NCBI GenBank assembly: GCA_964580575.1
Contig: CAZOLJ010000004.1
Location: 30,354 to 94,353 of the forward strand
Reading direction: 5' to 3'
DNA length: 64,000 bases
Source of the DNA: an uncultured Desulfobacteraceae bacterium
GTDB lineage: Bacteria > Desulfobacterota > DSM-4660 > Desulfatiglandales > HGW-15
Each line of letters opens with the position of its first letter. Position 1 is the stretch's first letter. Below, piece by piece: positions 34,561-45,652 of this stretch. The position numbers and the translations under genes are program-made. The notes beneath the pieces were generated by a model. The model was given only the letters and a program-made list of their open reading frames with translations. It was not told the origin of the DNA and ran no database searches.

Positions 34561-34608
34561 AATCTCAAGCGGGTCATATTTGCCTCGACAAAGCCGGAAA
34601 AAGAGGCC

Positions 34609-34902
34609 TCATCGTTTATCAGAAGGTCCTAGGACCGAGTCAATCGAACGAATCAGGGACTGAGTCCGGAGACGTACCGACGTAAGCAGGTTTTCCTTCT
34701 CCTTAAGAATCTGGAAATAGTCGCCTGCAATATCGAGCACCGCCAGAATGGCTGTTCTTTTTTCAGACAACCCTTCAGTACCCTGTTCAATTTCCTTCAG
34801 CTTGTCATTCACATAATCCGCAATCCTCTGCACCTGCTGCTCGTTTTCTTCGCCTCGAACAAGGTACTCGGCATTGCGGATTCTGACTTTAACGGGCTCC
34901 AT
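34609..34902 (-). CDS. zapA: cell division protein ZapA
   Basis: From ATG 34902 (GGGAG upstream): MEPVKVRIRNAEYLVRGEENEQQVQRIADYVNDKLKEI... Confidence 0.85.
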   Translation of the reverse strand: MEPVKVRIRNAEYLVRGEENEQQVQRIADYVNDKLKEIEQGTEGLSEKRTAILAVLDIAGDYFQILKEKENLLTSVRLRTQSLIRSIDSVLGPSDKR

Positions 34903-34961
34903 GAAACTCCCTGGAAAAACCGCTTGAGGCAGAACAAAAACTCGCGTCAACCCATGTTATT

Positions 34962-35204
34962 TTAATGAGTTATATCAATTTGCTCAAGTTTTTCCAACAA
35001 AGAAAGAACTCTTTGCTTCGCCTTGTCCTTTGAGTCCTTCAGAGTCTCAAGTTCACTGATCAAGTCAGCGATTTTGCCCTCTTGGATGTGGAGTTTTTCA
35101 AGCAGAGATTCCTTTTCCTTTTTAAGCGAGTGAGCAAATTTTATGAGAGAATCCACTTTGGCTTCAAGGACTTGAAATTGATCCATTTCCTCTGTTTTAA
35201 ACAT
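34962..35204 (-). CDS. zapB: ZapB-like coiled-coil cell division protein
   Basis: 80 aa, all coiled coil (LEAKVDSLIKFAHSLKKEKESLLEKL...). Immediately upstream of zapA. Confidence 0.6.
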   Translation of the reverse strand: MFKTEEMDQFQVLEAKVDSLIKFAHSLKKEKESLLEKLHIQEGKIADLISELETLKDSKDKAKQRVLSLLEKLEQIDITH

Positions 35205-35264
35205 GATACCCCTTCAGTTGCTCAGCAGAAATCGCCAAGATCTCCATTCCTAGCTTTGTCACTT

Positions 35265-35292
35265 ATACTAGCCTGCATGGAAGAAAAGTCAA
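35265..35292 (-). promoter_or_regulatory. sigma70-like promoter candidate for zapB-zapA
   Basis: Minus strand: TTGACT (35292-35287), 16 nt, TAGTAT (35270-35265). Confidence 0.3.
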
Positions 35293-35293
35293 T

Positions 35294-35323
35294 AAAAAAG
35301 ACAAGCTTATGCTTGTCTTTTTT
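35294..35323 (-). terminator. intrinsic terminator of the atp operon (bidirectional form)
   Basis: aaaaaagacaagc-ttat-gcttgtctttttt. The stem is perfect, with A and T runs on either side, 29 nt downstream of the atpC stop. Confidence 0.75.
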
Positions 35324-35351
35324 GATGCTTCCTTACAAGTCCACGAAAATG

Positions 35352-35762
35352 TCAAACGGTCTTCTGAACGACTTTCAGCCTCGTCACGGCTCTCCGAAGG
35401 GCACTCTCCGCCCGGGTGAAATCAATGTCTTTGTCCGACCGGTCATGGGAAAGGCGTTCCTTGGCCCTTTCCATGGCCTTCGTGGCTCTTTCCACATCGA
35501 TTTCACTTGCTCTCTCGGCAGCATCCACGAGAATCGAGACATTGTTCTTGAAGACCTCGGCAAAACCCGCAGTAACGGCCAAAGCCTCTTTCTCTGAACC
35601 TGCAGTGTACCGCAATTCACCCGGAACAATTCCTGAAAGAAACGACACATGGCCAGGCAAGACGCCGAATTCCCCTTCGCTGCCGGGCGCAACCACAATG
35701 TCCACGTCTTTTTCGAGCACCACCCTGGCGGGCGTCACGATTTCCAAATGGAGCTTGTCCAT
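35352..35762 (-). CDS. atpC: F1 ATP synthase epsilon subunit
   Basis: 136 aa. LHLEIVTPARVVLEKDVDIVVAPGSEGEFGVLPGH. Confidence 0.95.
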   Translation of the reverse strand: MDKLHLEIVTPARVVLEKDVDIVVAPGSEGEFGVLPGHVSFLSGIVPGELRYTAGSEKEALAVTAGFAEVFKNNVSILVDAAERASEIDVERATKAMERAKERLSHDRSDKDIDFTRAESALRRAVTRLKVVQKTV

Positions 35763-35780
35763 AATCTAATCTATCCCTCG

Positions 35781-37232
<1,452 letters not shown>

Positions 37233-37234
37233 TT

Positions 37235-37334
37235 AGAGCATGGAGTAAAGACAACCACCCCGAGAGATTATTTCTATCTTACTCCCTGCTCTCCACTCTT
37301 TGCTCCCTGCTACTGTTGCCTTGTACCTTGAACC
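37235..37334. repeat. inverted-arm word repeat inside the atp operon (atpG/atpD gap)
   Basis: agagcatggagtaaag (37235-37250) against cttactccctgctct (37278-37292), 14/16 complementary. Followed by ctctttgctcc / ctgctactgttgcc / ttgtaccttg words. Confidence 0.7.
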
Positions 37335-37338
37335 GTTC

Positions 37339-38214
37339 TCATGCGCCTCGCAACGCTTCGGCACCGCCCACGATGTCCATGAGTTCAGCGGTAATGGCAG
37401 CCTGCCTGGCCTTGTTGTAGATCAGCGTCAGGCTGCCGATCAACTCGCTGCAGTTCTTGGTCGCATTGTCCATGGCGGCCATTCGCGCCGCATGCTCGCT
37501 CGTTTCCTGCTGAAGAAAAGCGTTCAAGATCTGCACACTGATGTGCTTGGGAAGCAGGTCCACCAGCAATTGCTCCGAGGATGGTTCATAAAGATAATCC
37601 ACCTTTCCGCCCTCTGCCCCTTCCTGTTTCGGAGGTTCAATGGGGATCAGTTTCACCAGGGTGGGTTCCTGCCTTGCCATGCTCACGAAGCGGGAAAAAA
37701 GCACATAGACTTCGTCGATCTCCCCTGCCATGAACCGCTGGATAAAGCCGGCGGTCATCTTGTTCACAAAGGATATATCTGCAGTTCCATAGATATTGGT
37801 ATGCGCGGCGGTCACAGGAACCGTTTTTCTCCTGAAGTAGTCCCTCCCCTTTTTTCCCACCAGAGTGAGGCGAACGTCCAGGCCTTTGGTTCCCTGCTCC
37901 TTGATCCACTTCTCCGCCTTGTTGATGGAGTTCATGTTGAAGCTCCCGCACAGACCTCTGTCGGCCGTGAAGTGAAGAAGCTCCACCCTGGAGACCTTCT
38001 CCCTCTTACTCAGGAGCGGATGAACGTCCGGATTGATTTGGCCGGCTAGGTTCCCCAGGACTTCCGAAAACTTCCGGGCATAGGGTCCGAAATTCTCCAT
38101 TTTTTCCTGGGTGCTCCTGAGCCTGGCCGCTGCTACCATGTTCATGGCCCGGGTAATCTGCTTAGTCTTTTTGACTCCAGAAATTTTCTGTTTGATATCT
38201 CTCAGTGTGGCCAT
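37339..38214 (-). CDS. atpG: F1 ATP synthase gamma subunit
   Basis: 291 aa. MATLRDIKQKISGVKKTKQITRAMNMVAAARL. Confidence 0.95.
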   Translation of the reverse strand: MATLRDIKQKISGVKKTKQITRAMNMVAAARLRSTQEKMENFGPYARKFSEVLGNLAGQINPDVHPLLSKREKVSRVELLHFTADRGLCGSFNMNSINKAEKWIKEQGTKGLDVRLTLVGKKGRDYFRRKTVPVTAAHTNIYGTADISFVNKMTAGFIQRFMAGEIDEVYVLFSRFVSMARQEPTLVKLIPIEPPKQEGAEGGKVDYLYEPSSEQLLVDLLPKHISVQILNAFLQQETSEHAARMAAMDNATKNCSELIGSLTLIYNKARQAAITAELMDIVGGAEALRGA

Positions 38215-38230
38215 CGACTCCCCTTAAACG

Positions 38231-39751
38231 CTATGCCTGCGAAGCCGGCTGAAACATTCCTTTGAATTGGTCCAGAGCCTTTTTCATTTTCCCTTCCAGA
38301 TCATCGCTGATGATCGCTTTTTCCTTAATCTCCTTCAAAAGCTCCGGGTGTTTGGTCCCCACGAATTCGAGCATCTGCTTTTCGTATTCGCTCACCGAAT
38401 CGACCGGAACTTCGTCAAGGTATCCGAAGGCTCCTGCAAAAAGAATCATCACCTGTTTTTCTGCAGACATGGGCTGGTACTGGGGCTGTTTCAGGATTTC
38501 CACCAGCCTGCGTCCCCGGTTGATCTGCCGCTGCGTTGCCTTGTCCAGGTCGCTTCCGAACTGGGCAAAGGCTTCCAGCTCTCTGTACTGCGCCATGTCC
38601 AGACGCAGGCTGCCTGCGACCTTTCTCATAGCCTTGGTTTGTGCCGATCCTCCCACGCGCGAAACCGAGAGCCCCACGTTGATGGCTGGCCTCATGCCGG
38701 AAAAGAAAAGCCCCGGTTCCAGGTACACCTGTCCATCCGTAATGGAAATCACGTTGGTCGGGATGTAGGCGGACACGTCGCCTGCCTGAGTTTCAATAAT
38801 GGGAAGCGCGGTCAGCGACCCTCCTCCGAGCGTGTCGTTCAATTTGGCGGCCCTTTCAAGAAGCCTGGAGTGGTTGTAGAAGATGTCGCCGGGAAACGCT
38901 TCCCGCCCAGGCGGCCTTCTCAGAAGCAGTGAAACCTGCCGGTAGGCAACCGCTTGCTTGGAGAGGTCGTCGTAGATGATCAGGGCGTGCTTGCCCTTGT
39001 CCCTATAATATTCGCCGATGGCGCAGCCGGAATAAGGAGCGATGTACTGCTGGGTGGCCGGGTCACTCGCACAGGCTGCGACGACCGTCGTGTACTCCAT
39101 GGCCCCGTGCCGCCGCAACACATCCACCACCTGGGCCACGGTCGATTTCTTCTGACCCACCGCCACGTAGATGCAGAAAATCCCTGAGTCCTTCTGATTG
39201 ATGATGGCATCCACGCCGATGGCCGTCTTGCCGATCTGCCGGTCTCCGATGATCAGTTCTCTCTGGCCGCGGCCGATGGGGGTCATGGCGTCGATCGCTT
39301 TGATCCCGGTGTACATCGATTCCTTCACCGGCTGCCGCGCGATGACGCCTGGGGCGACCATCTCGATTCTTCGGAACTCGGCGGCATTGATGGGACCCTT
39401 GCCGTCCAGAGGATTTCCCACGGCATCGATCACGCGACCGAGCACCGGCTGGCCCACAGGAATCTCTGCGATCCGGCCTGTACGCTTGACCGTGTCCCCT
39501 TCCTTGATCTTGGTGTCATCGCCCATGATGGCCACACCGACATTGTCTTCTTCCAGATTGAGGCAGAGGCCGTAGATGCCGCCCGGGAACTCCAGCATTT
39601 CCATGGCCATGGCATTCTGCACCCCATGGACCCGCGCCACCCCGTCCCCGACGGACAGGACGGTCCCGGTCTCGCTCATTTCGACCTTTTTCTCATAATC
39701 CTTAATCTGGCCCCTGATAATCTGACTGATCTCTTCTGCTCTGATTTCCAT
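38231..39751 (-). CDS. atpA: F1 ATP synthase alpha subunit
   Basis: [19 protein letters not shown]..., Walker [12 protein letters not shown] 39751 preferred; GTG 39760 (track) overlaps the atpH stop. Confidence 0.97.
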   Translation of the reverse strand: MEIRAEEISQIIRGQIKDYEKKVEMSETGTVLSVGDGVARVHGVQNAMAMEMLEFPGGIYGLCLNLEEDNVGVAIMGDDTKIKEGDTVKRTGRIAEIPVGQPVLGRVIDAVGNPLDGKGPINAAEFRRIEMVAPGVIARQPVKESMYTGIKAIDAMTPIGRGQRELIIGDRQIGKTAIGVDAIINQKDSGIFCIYVAVGQKKSTVAQVVDVLRRHGAMEYTTVVAACASDPATQQYIAPYSGCAIGEYYRDKGKHALIIYDDLSKQAVAYRQVSLLLRRPPGREAFPGDIFYNHSRLLERAAKLNDTLGGGSLTALPIIETQAGDVSAYIPTNVISITDGQVYLEPGLFFSGMRPAINVGLSVSRVGGSAQTKAMRKVAGSLRLDMAQYRELEAFAQFGSDLDKATQRQINRGRRLVEILKQPQYQPMSAEKQVMILFAGAFGYLDEVPVDSVSEYEKQMLEFVGTKHPELLKEIKEKAIISDDLEGKMKKALDQFKGMFQPASQA

Positions 39752-39756
39752 GCCCT

Positions 39757-40302
39757 TCACTCACCCCTTTTCAGTGATTCTTTGATCCCTTGCACCTGGG
39801 CTTTCACGCTCCCATCCACTACCAGATCACCGATTTTGACGATGACGCCTCCCAGAATACCGCTGTCCTGCCGAACCTTCATCTTGACCTTCTTGGAGGT
39901 CATTCGCTCCAGGGCCTTGACCAGCCTGCCCTCCGCCTCCCCGGCCAGCGGTCTGGACACCACCACTTCCGCACGAAGGATGTTGGAAACCTCGTCGGTC
40001 AGCTGCTCATATAAAGCGCTGATCTCCCCAAGAGCACTGATCCGGTTCTTGTCCAGAAGAAGATTCAGGAAGTTCCGGATGGTTTCCGAGGTGGCGCTCC
40101 TGGCCAACACGGTCTTCAGGATTTCCTTTCGATCTTCCAGCGTAAAGGCCGGGTTGGAAATAGCCTGATTCAGTTCCCGGTGGGATTCGCAGAAATCCGC
40201 AAAGGCCCGAAGCTCTTTGCCGTATTCTTGGTAACGGCCTTCTTCCATTCCGAGACTCAGAAGAGCCCTGGCATAGCGTTTAGAAACTTTCGAGCGTATC
40301 AA
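39757..40302 (-). CDS. atpH: F1 ATP synthase delta (OSCP) subunit
   Basis: 181 aa. [12 protein letters not shown]..., position between b and alpha. Confidence 0.9.
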   Translation of the reverse strand: MIRSKVSKRYARALLSLGMEEGRYQEYGKELRAFADFCESHRELNQAISNPAFTLEDRKEILKTVLARSATSETIRNFLNLLLDKNRISALGEISALYEQLTDEVSNILRAEVVVSRPLAGEAEGRLVKALERMTSKKVKMKVRQDSGILGGVIVKIGDLVVDGSVKAQVQGIKESLKRGE

Positions 40303-40898
40303 TGTGTTTTCCCCAGTTTTTCTATGAATTCATCCACCAGGCGGTCCTGGTCCCTGTCCGTCATCTTCCGGGCAATGATCTCTTCCGCTTTTTGAGCGGC
40401 GAGAGCCACCACATCCTGCTTCAGCTTTTCCTTTGCGCTCTGCATCTCGAACTGGATACTCACTTCAGCCTGTTCGAGGATCTGCTTGGCACGTTCCCTG
40501 GCCTCGGCCAAGATCCGATCCTTTTCGGCAAGACCGTCGGCCCTGTACTGCGCCAGAATCTCTTTTCGTTCCCCTTCAAAGGCTTTCAGTTTGCTTTCCA
40601 GATCCCGAGCTTTGCCTTCGGCCGCCTCTCTTTGCTTCTTCAGGTCTTCCAGTTCTTTCTTGATCCCTTCGATCCTGGAGGCAAAGAACTCCTTGATCGG
40701 AACCTTTCTGAGAACAATGGCGAGAATGATCACCAGAAGAGTGAAATTGATCCACCGGTAAAGCAGATCGAGAAGGTCGCCGCTGCGATCAGCCTCCCCT
40801 CCTGCCGCCAAGGCAAAAGAGGAGAGCAAGACACTGGCTGAGGCAAAACACCCTAGCGAGAACAGGAGCCTTTTCCCTTTCTTGGAATAGCTCTCCAT
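40299..40898 (-). CDS. atpF: Fo ATP synthase subunit b
   Basis: 199 aa. One N-terminal TM helix followed by a long charged helix. Overlaps atpH by 4 nt. Confidence 0.85.
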   Translation of the reverse strand: MESYSKKGKRLLFSLGCFASASVLLSSFALAAGGEADRSGDLLDLLYRWINFTLLVIILAIVLRKVPIKEFFASRIEGIKKELEDLKKQREAAEGKARDLESKLKAFEGERKEILAQYRADGLAEKDRILAEARERAKQILEQAEVSIQFEMQSAKEKLKQDVVALAAQKAEEIIARKMTDRDQDRLVDEFIEKLGKTH

Positions 40899-41323
40899 TA
40901 AATACTCCTCCCCAGGATCTTCTCGGCGAGCTCTTTCGAAAAGAGGCTGAGTTCCTTTTCCAGAGCTCCTCTGGCCTCCAGGAGCTTTTCTCCCATTTCC
41001 TCTCTCGCTTGCCCCATCCGCTCTCCAGAAGCTGTGGCCGCCTCTTTCAAGACCGCCTTTTCCTCTTCCAGACCCTGCTTTTTCAGGGTTTCCTTCTCCT
41101 CATATCCCGTCTTCCTCGCTTTGGCCATGCTCTCCTCGAGATCTCCGGCAAAGCGGCTCGCTTTACCTTCCAGCTCGCTCACGGAATGTTGCAGGCCGCC
41201 CACTTCCGCCTTTCTCTTGCCGAGAATCTGGCGAACCGGTCTGTACAAAAGGATGTTCAGGATAAGGAGTAGGAAGAGAAAATTCGCTAACTGGAGAAAG
41301 AGGGTATAATCCGGCATGATCAT
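40898..41323 (-). CDS. Fo ATP synthase subunit b'
   Basis: From ATG 41323 (GGAAAGGGA upstream): MIMPDYTLFLQLANFLFLLLILNILLYRPV..., the b/b' architecture. The track N-terminal extension to 41446 is unlikely. Confidence 0.8.
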   Translation of the reverse strand: MIMPDYTLFLQLANFLFLLLILNILLYRPVRQILGKRKAEVGGLQHSVSELEGKASRFAGDLEESMAKARKTGYEEKETLKKQGLEEEKAVLKEAATASGERMGQAREEMGEKLLEARGALEKELSLFSKELAEKILGRSI

Positions 41324-41467
41324 AGATCCCTTTCCTCCTTCGCACTTCAACCGGCAAATGCCGCCACGGATTTCTGCCCCGGGAAAAGCACCGTGTGCCC
41401 ATCCCTTGCAAAGTCCTGAGCCAACCCATCGGTTTTGGATTCGCAAATTGAAGGACTTAGCGAAGCC

Positions 41468-41496
41468 TTTTACAAAAACACCAATCCCTTTGTCAA
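41468..41496 (-). promoter_or_regulatory. sigma70-like promoter candidate for the atp operon
   Basis: Minus strand: TTGACA (41496-41491), 17 nt, GTAAAA (41473-41468). Confidence 0.3.
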
Positions 41497-41536
41497 AGGT
41501 TTTGTTTTGTTTCGCCTCTTTTTTTTGCAGCGACCG

Positions 41537-41905
41537 CTACTCTGAAGGCCCGGGTTTTTCGCCGCCGGGTCCTTTGATCTCCTTCATCCGGCAGCAGCCC
41601 TCGAAAACAACCCCTGCGTCCATGACCACGGCCGGAGCCTGTATGTTTCCAAAGACTTTTCCGGGAGGATGGATTTCAATTTTCTCCGCAGCAAAGAGAT
41701 TGCCCCGAACCTCTCCGCAAACGACCAAATGGGAAACTTGAACCTCGGACTCGATGACAGCGTCATCTCCGACAATCAGCGTGCCGTCCGAGAGGATCTC
41801 TCCTTTGAAACGGCCGTCGATCCGGACCGTGCCTGAAAAAGAGAGCTTTCCCTCGAACTCCGTGTTCTTTCCCAGAAAGGCGTTGATTTCGTCCCTTCGT
41901 TTCAT
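41537..41905 (-). CDS. bactofilin (DUF583 polymer-forming cytoskeletal protein)
   Basis: From ATG 41905 (AGAGGAAAAC upstream): beta-helical repeats FEGKLSFSGTVRIDGRFKGEILSDGTLIVGDDAVIESEVQVSHLVVCGEVRGNL. Confidence 0.85.
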   Translation of the reverse strand: MKRRDEINAFLGKNTEFEGKLSFSGTVRIDGRFKGEILSDGTLIVGDDAVIESEVQVSHLVVCGEVRGNLFAAEKIEIHPPGKVFGNIQAPAVVMDAGVVFEGCCRMKEIKGPGGEKPGPSE

Positions 41906-41980
41906 GTTTTCCTCTACGGATATGGAGCGCAAATTCTTAGCACACCTGCACGAGCTAAGCAAGAAAAACGGCGCAAGAGG

Positions 41981-43084
41981 TTACTGGAACATAAAGCGCC
42001 GCATGCTGATGTTCATCAGGAGCCCCATGCCCACCATGGTTGAGAGAATCGACGAACCTCCATAGCTGAAGAAGACCAAAGGAATTCCTACCACCGGCAG
42101 CAATCCCGTGGTCATGCCCACATTGATGACCGTTTGCCAGAAAATAATCGCTACGACCCCCAGGGCGATAATGGTCCCGAACTTGTCTTTCGAACTCAGC
42201 GCAATGTTTATCCCCCACAAAATCAGAAAAACGTAAAGGACCAGCAAGCAGACGCCGCCCACAAACCCCCACTCCTCAGCAAGAACGGAGAAGGCGAAGT
42301 CCGTGTGCTGCTCCGGCAGGAAATGCAACCTCGTCTGGGTTCCGTTCAGAAAACCTTTGCCCCAGGCCATTCCGGACCCGATCGCGATCTTGGACTGGTT
42401 GATATGGTATCCCGCTCCGAGCGGGTCCATGTCCGGGCTGAGAAAGGTGAGGATTCGGCGCTGCTGGTATTCCTTGAGATGCATCCACAGAAAAGGGGCG
42501 GCGCAAAGACCGGACAAGGTGAGCGCCAGAAGGGATCGCCATTTCATCCTGGCAAAAAGCAGAATGGAGAAGGAAAGCGCGACGACCATGAGGGCCGTGC
42601 CCAAATCCGGTTGCTTCACGATCAGCAGGGCCGGTGCCGCGATGAGGAGAAAAGGCTGCCACAACTCCCTGAGGCCGAACTCGTTGATGTGGCTCCGGTC
42701 GTTGAAAAACCTGGCCAGACTGAGGATGAGCGTGATCTTGACAAGTTCCGAGGGTTGAAAGGAAAAGCCGCCGAACCCCAGCCACCTCTGGGATCCGGAT
42801 CGAACGTCGCCGATGAGAGCGACAAGCAGAAGAAGGCACAGAGAAAAGAAGTAGGACGGATAGGCCAGGCGCTCCAGCCCGTGATAATCGAAAGTGGTCA
42901 TGAGCAGCATGACCCCGATCCCCAGGAGAAACCAGTAAGCCTGTTTCATGAAAATCTGGGACCCGCCCAAACCCTTGATCGGGTAGGTGGCGCTGTAGAG
43001 ATTGAGCACGCTCGCCATACCGATGACGACGAGCAGCAGAAGCAGCACCCAGTCGAAATGCTGAAGCAGTCTTCGATCAAACAT
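41981..43084 (-). CDS. rodA: rod shape-determining SEDS protein RodA
   Basis: 367 aa, polytopic FtsW/RodA/SpoVE family. Downstream of mrdA. Confidence 0.9.
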   Translation of the reverse strand: MFDRRLLQHFDWVLLLLLVVIGMASVLNLYSATYPIKGLGGSQIFMKQAYWFLLGIGVMLLMTTFDYHGLERLAYPSYFFSLCLLLLVALIGDVRSGSQRWLGFGGFSFQPSELVKITLILSLARFFNDRSHINEFGLRELWQPFLLIAAPALLIVKQPDLGTALMVVALSFSILLFARMKWRSLLALTLSGLCAAPFLWMHLKEYQQRRILTFLSPDMDPLGAGYHINQSKIAIGSGMAWGKGFLNGTQTRLHFLPEQHTDFAFSVLAEEWGFVGGVCLLVLYVFLILWGINIALSSKDKFGTIIALGVVAIIFWQTVINVGMTTGLLPVVGIPLVFFSYGGSSILSTMVGMGLLMNISMRRFMFQ

Positions 43085-43109
43085 ACTCTTCGTTCCTAAA
43101 GAATGCTTG

Positions 43110-43281
43110 TCACCAGTAGAGGCACAGAGAAAGTATTTTTCATTTGCCGGGAGATACCGACAAATGAAAAGGCTCTGCTCTGAAGAAATCTCACTAAGGT
43201 CTTATGGCTTTCTTTTGTCTTTGAGAGGTTTTTTTATGAAAAGATAACTCCCTCTCTGTGTCCTCTGTGTCTCTGCGGTGA
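43110..43281. repeat. copy B of the two-copy structured element (see 21968-22126), inside the mrdA-rodA gap
   Basis: TCACCAGTAGAGGCAC (43110-43125, identical 16-mer). Hairpin ttttcatttg/caaatgaaaa around the identical core CGGGAGATACCGA (43148-43160). Right end TGTGTCCTCTGTGTCTCTGCGGTGA (43257-43281, 23/25 identical to copy A). Confidence 0.75.
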
Positions 43282-43286
43282 AATAT

Positions 43287-45107
43287 TCATTTACCGTAAA
43301 AGGCCTCGAACATTTCCCGGGCCATGGGCGCCGCCGCGCTTCCGCCGTGCCCGCCGTTTTCCACGAGCACCGCCACGGCAATTTCCGGCTTGTCCGCGGA
43401 CGCAATCGAAACGAACCACGCGTGATCGTTCAAATCCGGAGGCGGTTCCTCCCCTTTCTGGACCGGTTTTTCCTTGCCCAGCGCCACCACCTGGGCCGTC
43501 CCTGTTTTGCCGGCCACAATGGCTCCGGTCTTAACTCTTGATCGGGAACCGGTTCCGCCGGGCTCGTTGACCACACCGATCAGGGCACTGCGGACCAGAG
43601 CGATGTTCTGTTCTTTCGCCTTGAGTCGGCCATTCACTTCCGGAGTGAACTGATAAACCTGTTTGTCATCCTTTCCCACCCACTTCACCGCTTTGGGCTG
43701 ATACAGAACCCCTCCGTTGAAGAAGGCCGAGATCAGCCTGGCCATCTGGAGCGGAGTGACCAGCACAAAGCTCTGCCCAATGGAGGTTGAAATCGTCTCC
43801 CCCGGCTGCCAGGGAACACCAAATCGCTTGAGTTTCCAAGGGCTGCTCGGAATCAACCCTTCTCTTTCGGAACCGAGTTCATAACCGGAAACCGTCCCCA
43901 ATCCGCACATCCGGGCATAGTGGTGGATCTTGTCCACACCCAGCCGTTTCCCCAGCTTGTAGAAGTAGACGTCGCAGGATTCCACGATGGCGCGGTGCAT
44001 GGCCACGCGGCCGTGCCCCTGCTTGCGCCAGCAACGGAACGTGTGTTCGCCGAACGGGAACTTCCCGTCGCAAAAAGCCTCTTCGCGCGGGTCAATGCCT
44101 TCCTCAAGCCCGGCAAGAGCCATCACGATCTTAAACGTGGACCCAGGGGGGTATTGCCCTGCAACCGCCCTGTTTTGAAGAGGATGCTCTTTGCTCGTGA
44201 CGAGCCTCGTCCATTCCGTCCGGCTCAGCCCTTCCAGGAACAGGTTCGGGTCAAAGGCGGGATTACTCGCCATGGCGAGAATCTCCCCGGTCATCGGATG
44301 GAGCGCGACAATGGATCCTCTTTTGTCTTTCAGGCATTTCTCTGCAGTGAGCTGGAGTTTCTTGTCGATGGTCAAACCGAGGTTCTGCCCCGCGACGGGA
44401 GGCCTTCTCGATATCACGCTAAGCCGGCGTCCCGCCGCATCCACCTCCACCTGTTCGCCGCCCCGGATCCCGTTCAGGTTTTTCTGCCAGATCCGTTCCA
44501 CTCCGGCCTGTCCGATCAGATCCCCCTGCTTGTTATCGGGATAGTTGCCGCTCTCCAGCTGCGTTTCGCTGATCTCTCCGAGATACCCGATCAAGTGAGC
44601 AGCCAGCTCCTTGTAAAGATAGTACCTCTGCGGTTTGATCTGGATCATCACCCCGGGCAGGTTGAAAAGATTGCCCTCCACAACGGCCAATTCTTCCCGG
44701 GTGAGGTTCTTCTTGATGAGCACCGGTCTGAAAGCGTATTTCTGGGATTCCTTGCCCAGTTTTTCTTCAAGGCTTCTGGGTTCCAACCCGATCAGCGCAT
44801 GAAGGGTCCGGATGAGTTCCTCACGATCAGAGATTTCTTCAGGGACGACATAGGCATCAAAGGAGGGACGGTTATCGACAAGAAGTTCCCCGTTGCGGTC
44901 GAAAAGCATTCCCCGGAAAGGGGCCACATCCTGGAGCCGGATCCGGTTGTTCTCAGACTGGACCCGGTAAGTCGGTCCCTGGAAGATTTGGAGAAACCAC
45001 AATCTCAACAAGAGCACGACAAACACAGCGACCACGAGGAAGGGCAGACTCCTGAGTCGCTTTCGCAGAACTTCTACCGATGCCTGTTCAAAAGCCTGGT
45101 TCCTCAA
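43287..45107 (-). CDS. mrdA: penicillin-binding protein 2 (elongasome transpeptidase)
   Basis: 606 aa. PBP dimerisation plus transpeptidase domains, SxxK as PPGSTFK, KTGTAQ. Confidence 0.92.
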   Translation of the reverse strand: MRNQAFEQASVEVLRKRLRSLPFLVVAVFVVLLLRLWFLQIFQGPTYRVQSENNRIRLQDVAPFRGMLFDRNGELLVDNRPSFDAYVVPEEISDREELIRTLHALIGLEPRSLEEKLGKESQKYAFRPVLIKKNLTREELAVVEGNLFNLPGVMIQIKPQRYYLYKELAAHLIGYLGEISETQLESGNYPDNKQGDLIGQAGVERIWQKNLNGIRGGEQVEVDAAGRRLSVISRRPPVAGQNLGLTIDKKLQLTAEKCLKDKRGSIVALHPMTGEILAMASNPAFDPNLFLEGLSRTEWTRLVTSKEHPLQNRAVAGQYPPGSTFKIVMALAGLEEGIDPREEAFCDGKFPFGEHTFRCWRKQGHGRVAMHRAIVESCDVYFYKLGKRLGVDKIHHYARMCGLGTVSGYELGSEREGLIPSSPWKLKRFGVPWQPGETISTSIGQSFVLVTPLQMARLISAFFNGGVLYQPKAVKWVGKDDKQVYQFTPEVNGRLKAKEQNIALVRSALIGVVNEPGGTGSRSRVKTGAIVAGKTGTAQVVALGKEKPVQKGEEPPPDLNDHAWFVSIASADKPEIAVAVLVENGGHGGSAAAPMAREMFEAFYGK

Positions 45108-45149
45108 TGGGGCAAAGCCTCTTTCGATGAAGATAAAACCGGACGCATG

Positions 45150-45596
45150 TCACGAAGCTTCTTTGCTTGCTCCTCCGGTCCGGATCTCGACCGTCTTTAG
45201 AATACTGGAAATGAGAGGCGCAATCAAGCCTGTGAAGAAGGCCGACGCTCCGAACCAGAAGAAAAGCGACGCGGACAAAACCACCTCAAAAGCAAAGGCG
45301 TCCAAAAGGCCGACCAGAACTATCTCCTTGATCACGACAACCAGGCCGACCAGGATGAACTGTCCCTGCACCGAGCGCAGATCAAAGAACCTGGCTCCGA
45401 GTTCGAGGCACAGAAAGCTGATGACGTAGAGGAGAGCAAAAAGTCCCAGGAATCCTGCCGAGAGGAGATCGATGAGCATGCCTTGGCCGAAAGCGAAGAT
45501 CGCCGCCCCTGCGCTTCCGGAACGGATCAGAAGAGAGGCGGTGATGGCAATGACCAGATCGATGTCGAAGAAAAGGGGAGCGAGGTCGTTTACCAC
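45150..45596 (-). CDS. mreD: rod shape-determining protein MreD
   Basis: 148 aa hydrophobic protein between mreC and mrdA. Confidence 0.8.
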   Translation of the reverse strand: MVNDLAPLFFDIDLVIAITASLLIRSGSAGAAIFAFGQGMLIDLLSAGFLGLFALLYVISFLCLELGARFFDLRSVQGQFILVGLVVVIKEIVLVGLLDAFAFEVVLSASLFFWFGASAFFTGLIAPLISSILKTVEIRTGGASKEAS

Positions 45597-45652
45597 ACTC
45601 CCTTTGAGAAGGATGTAAACCAGGGAGAGCGCCCAGGCGGCTCCATGGAGGA

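Noticed and set aside
41324-41446. N-terminal extension of the atpF' ORF
   Set aside because: The b' proteins start just before their TM helix. An ATG with a good RBS sits at 41323, and the extension has no b-subunit character.
42134-45200. 321-aa and 426-aa + strand ORFs
   Set aside because: Antisense to rodA and mrdA respectively.
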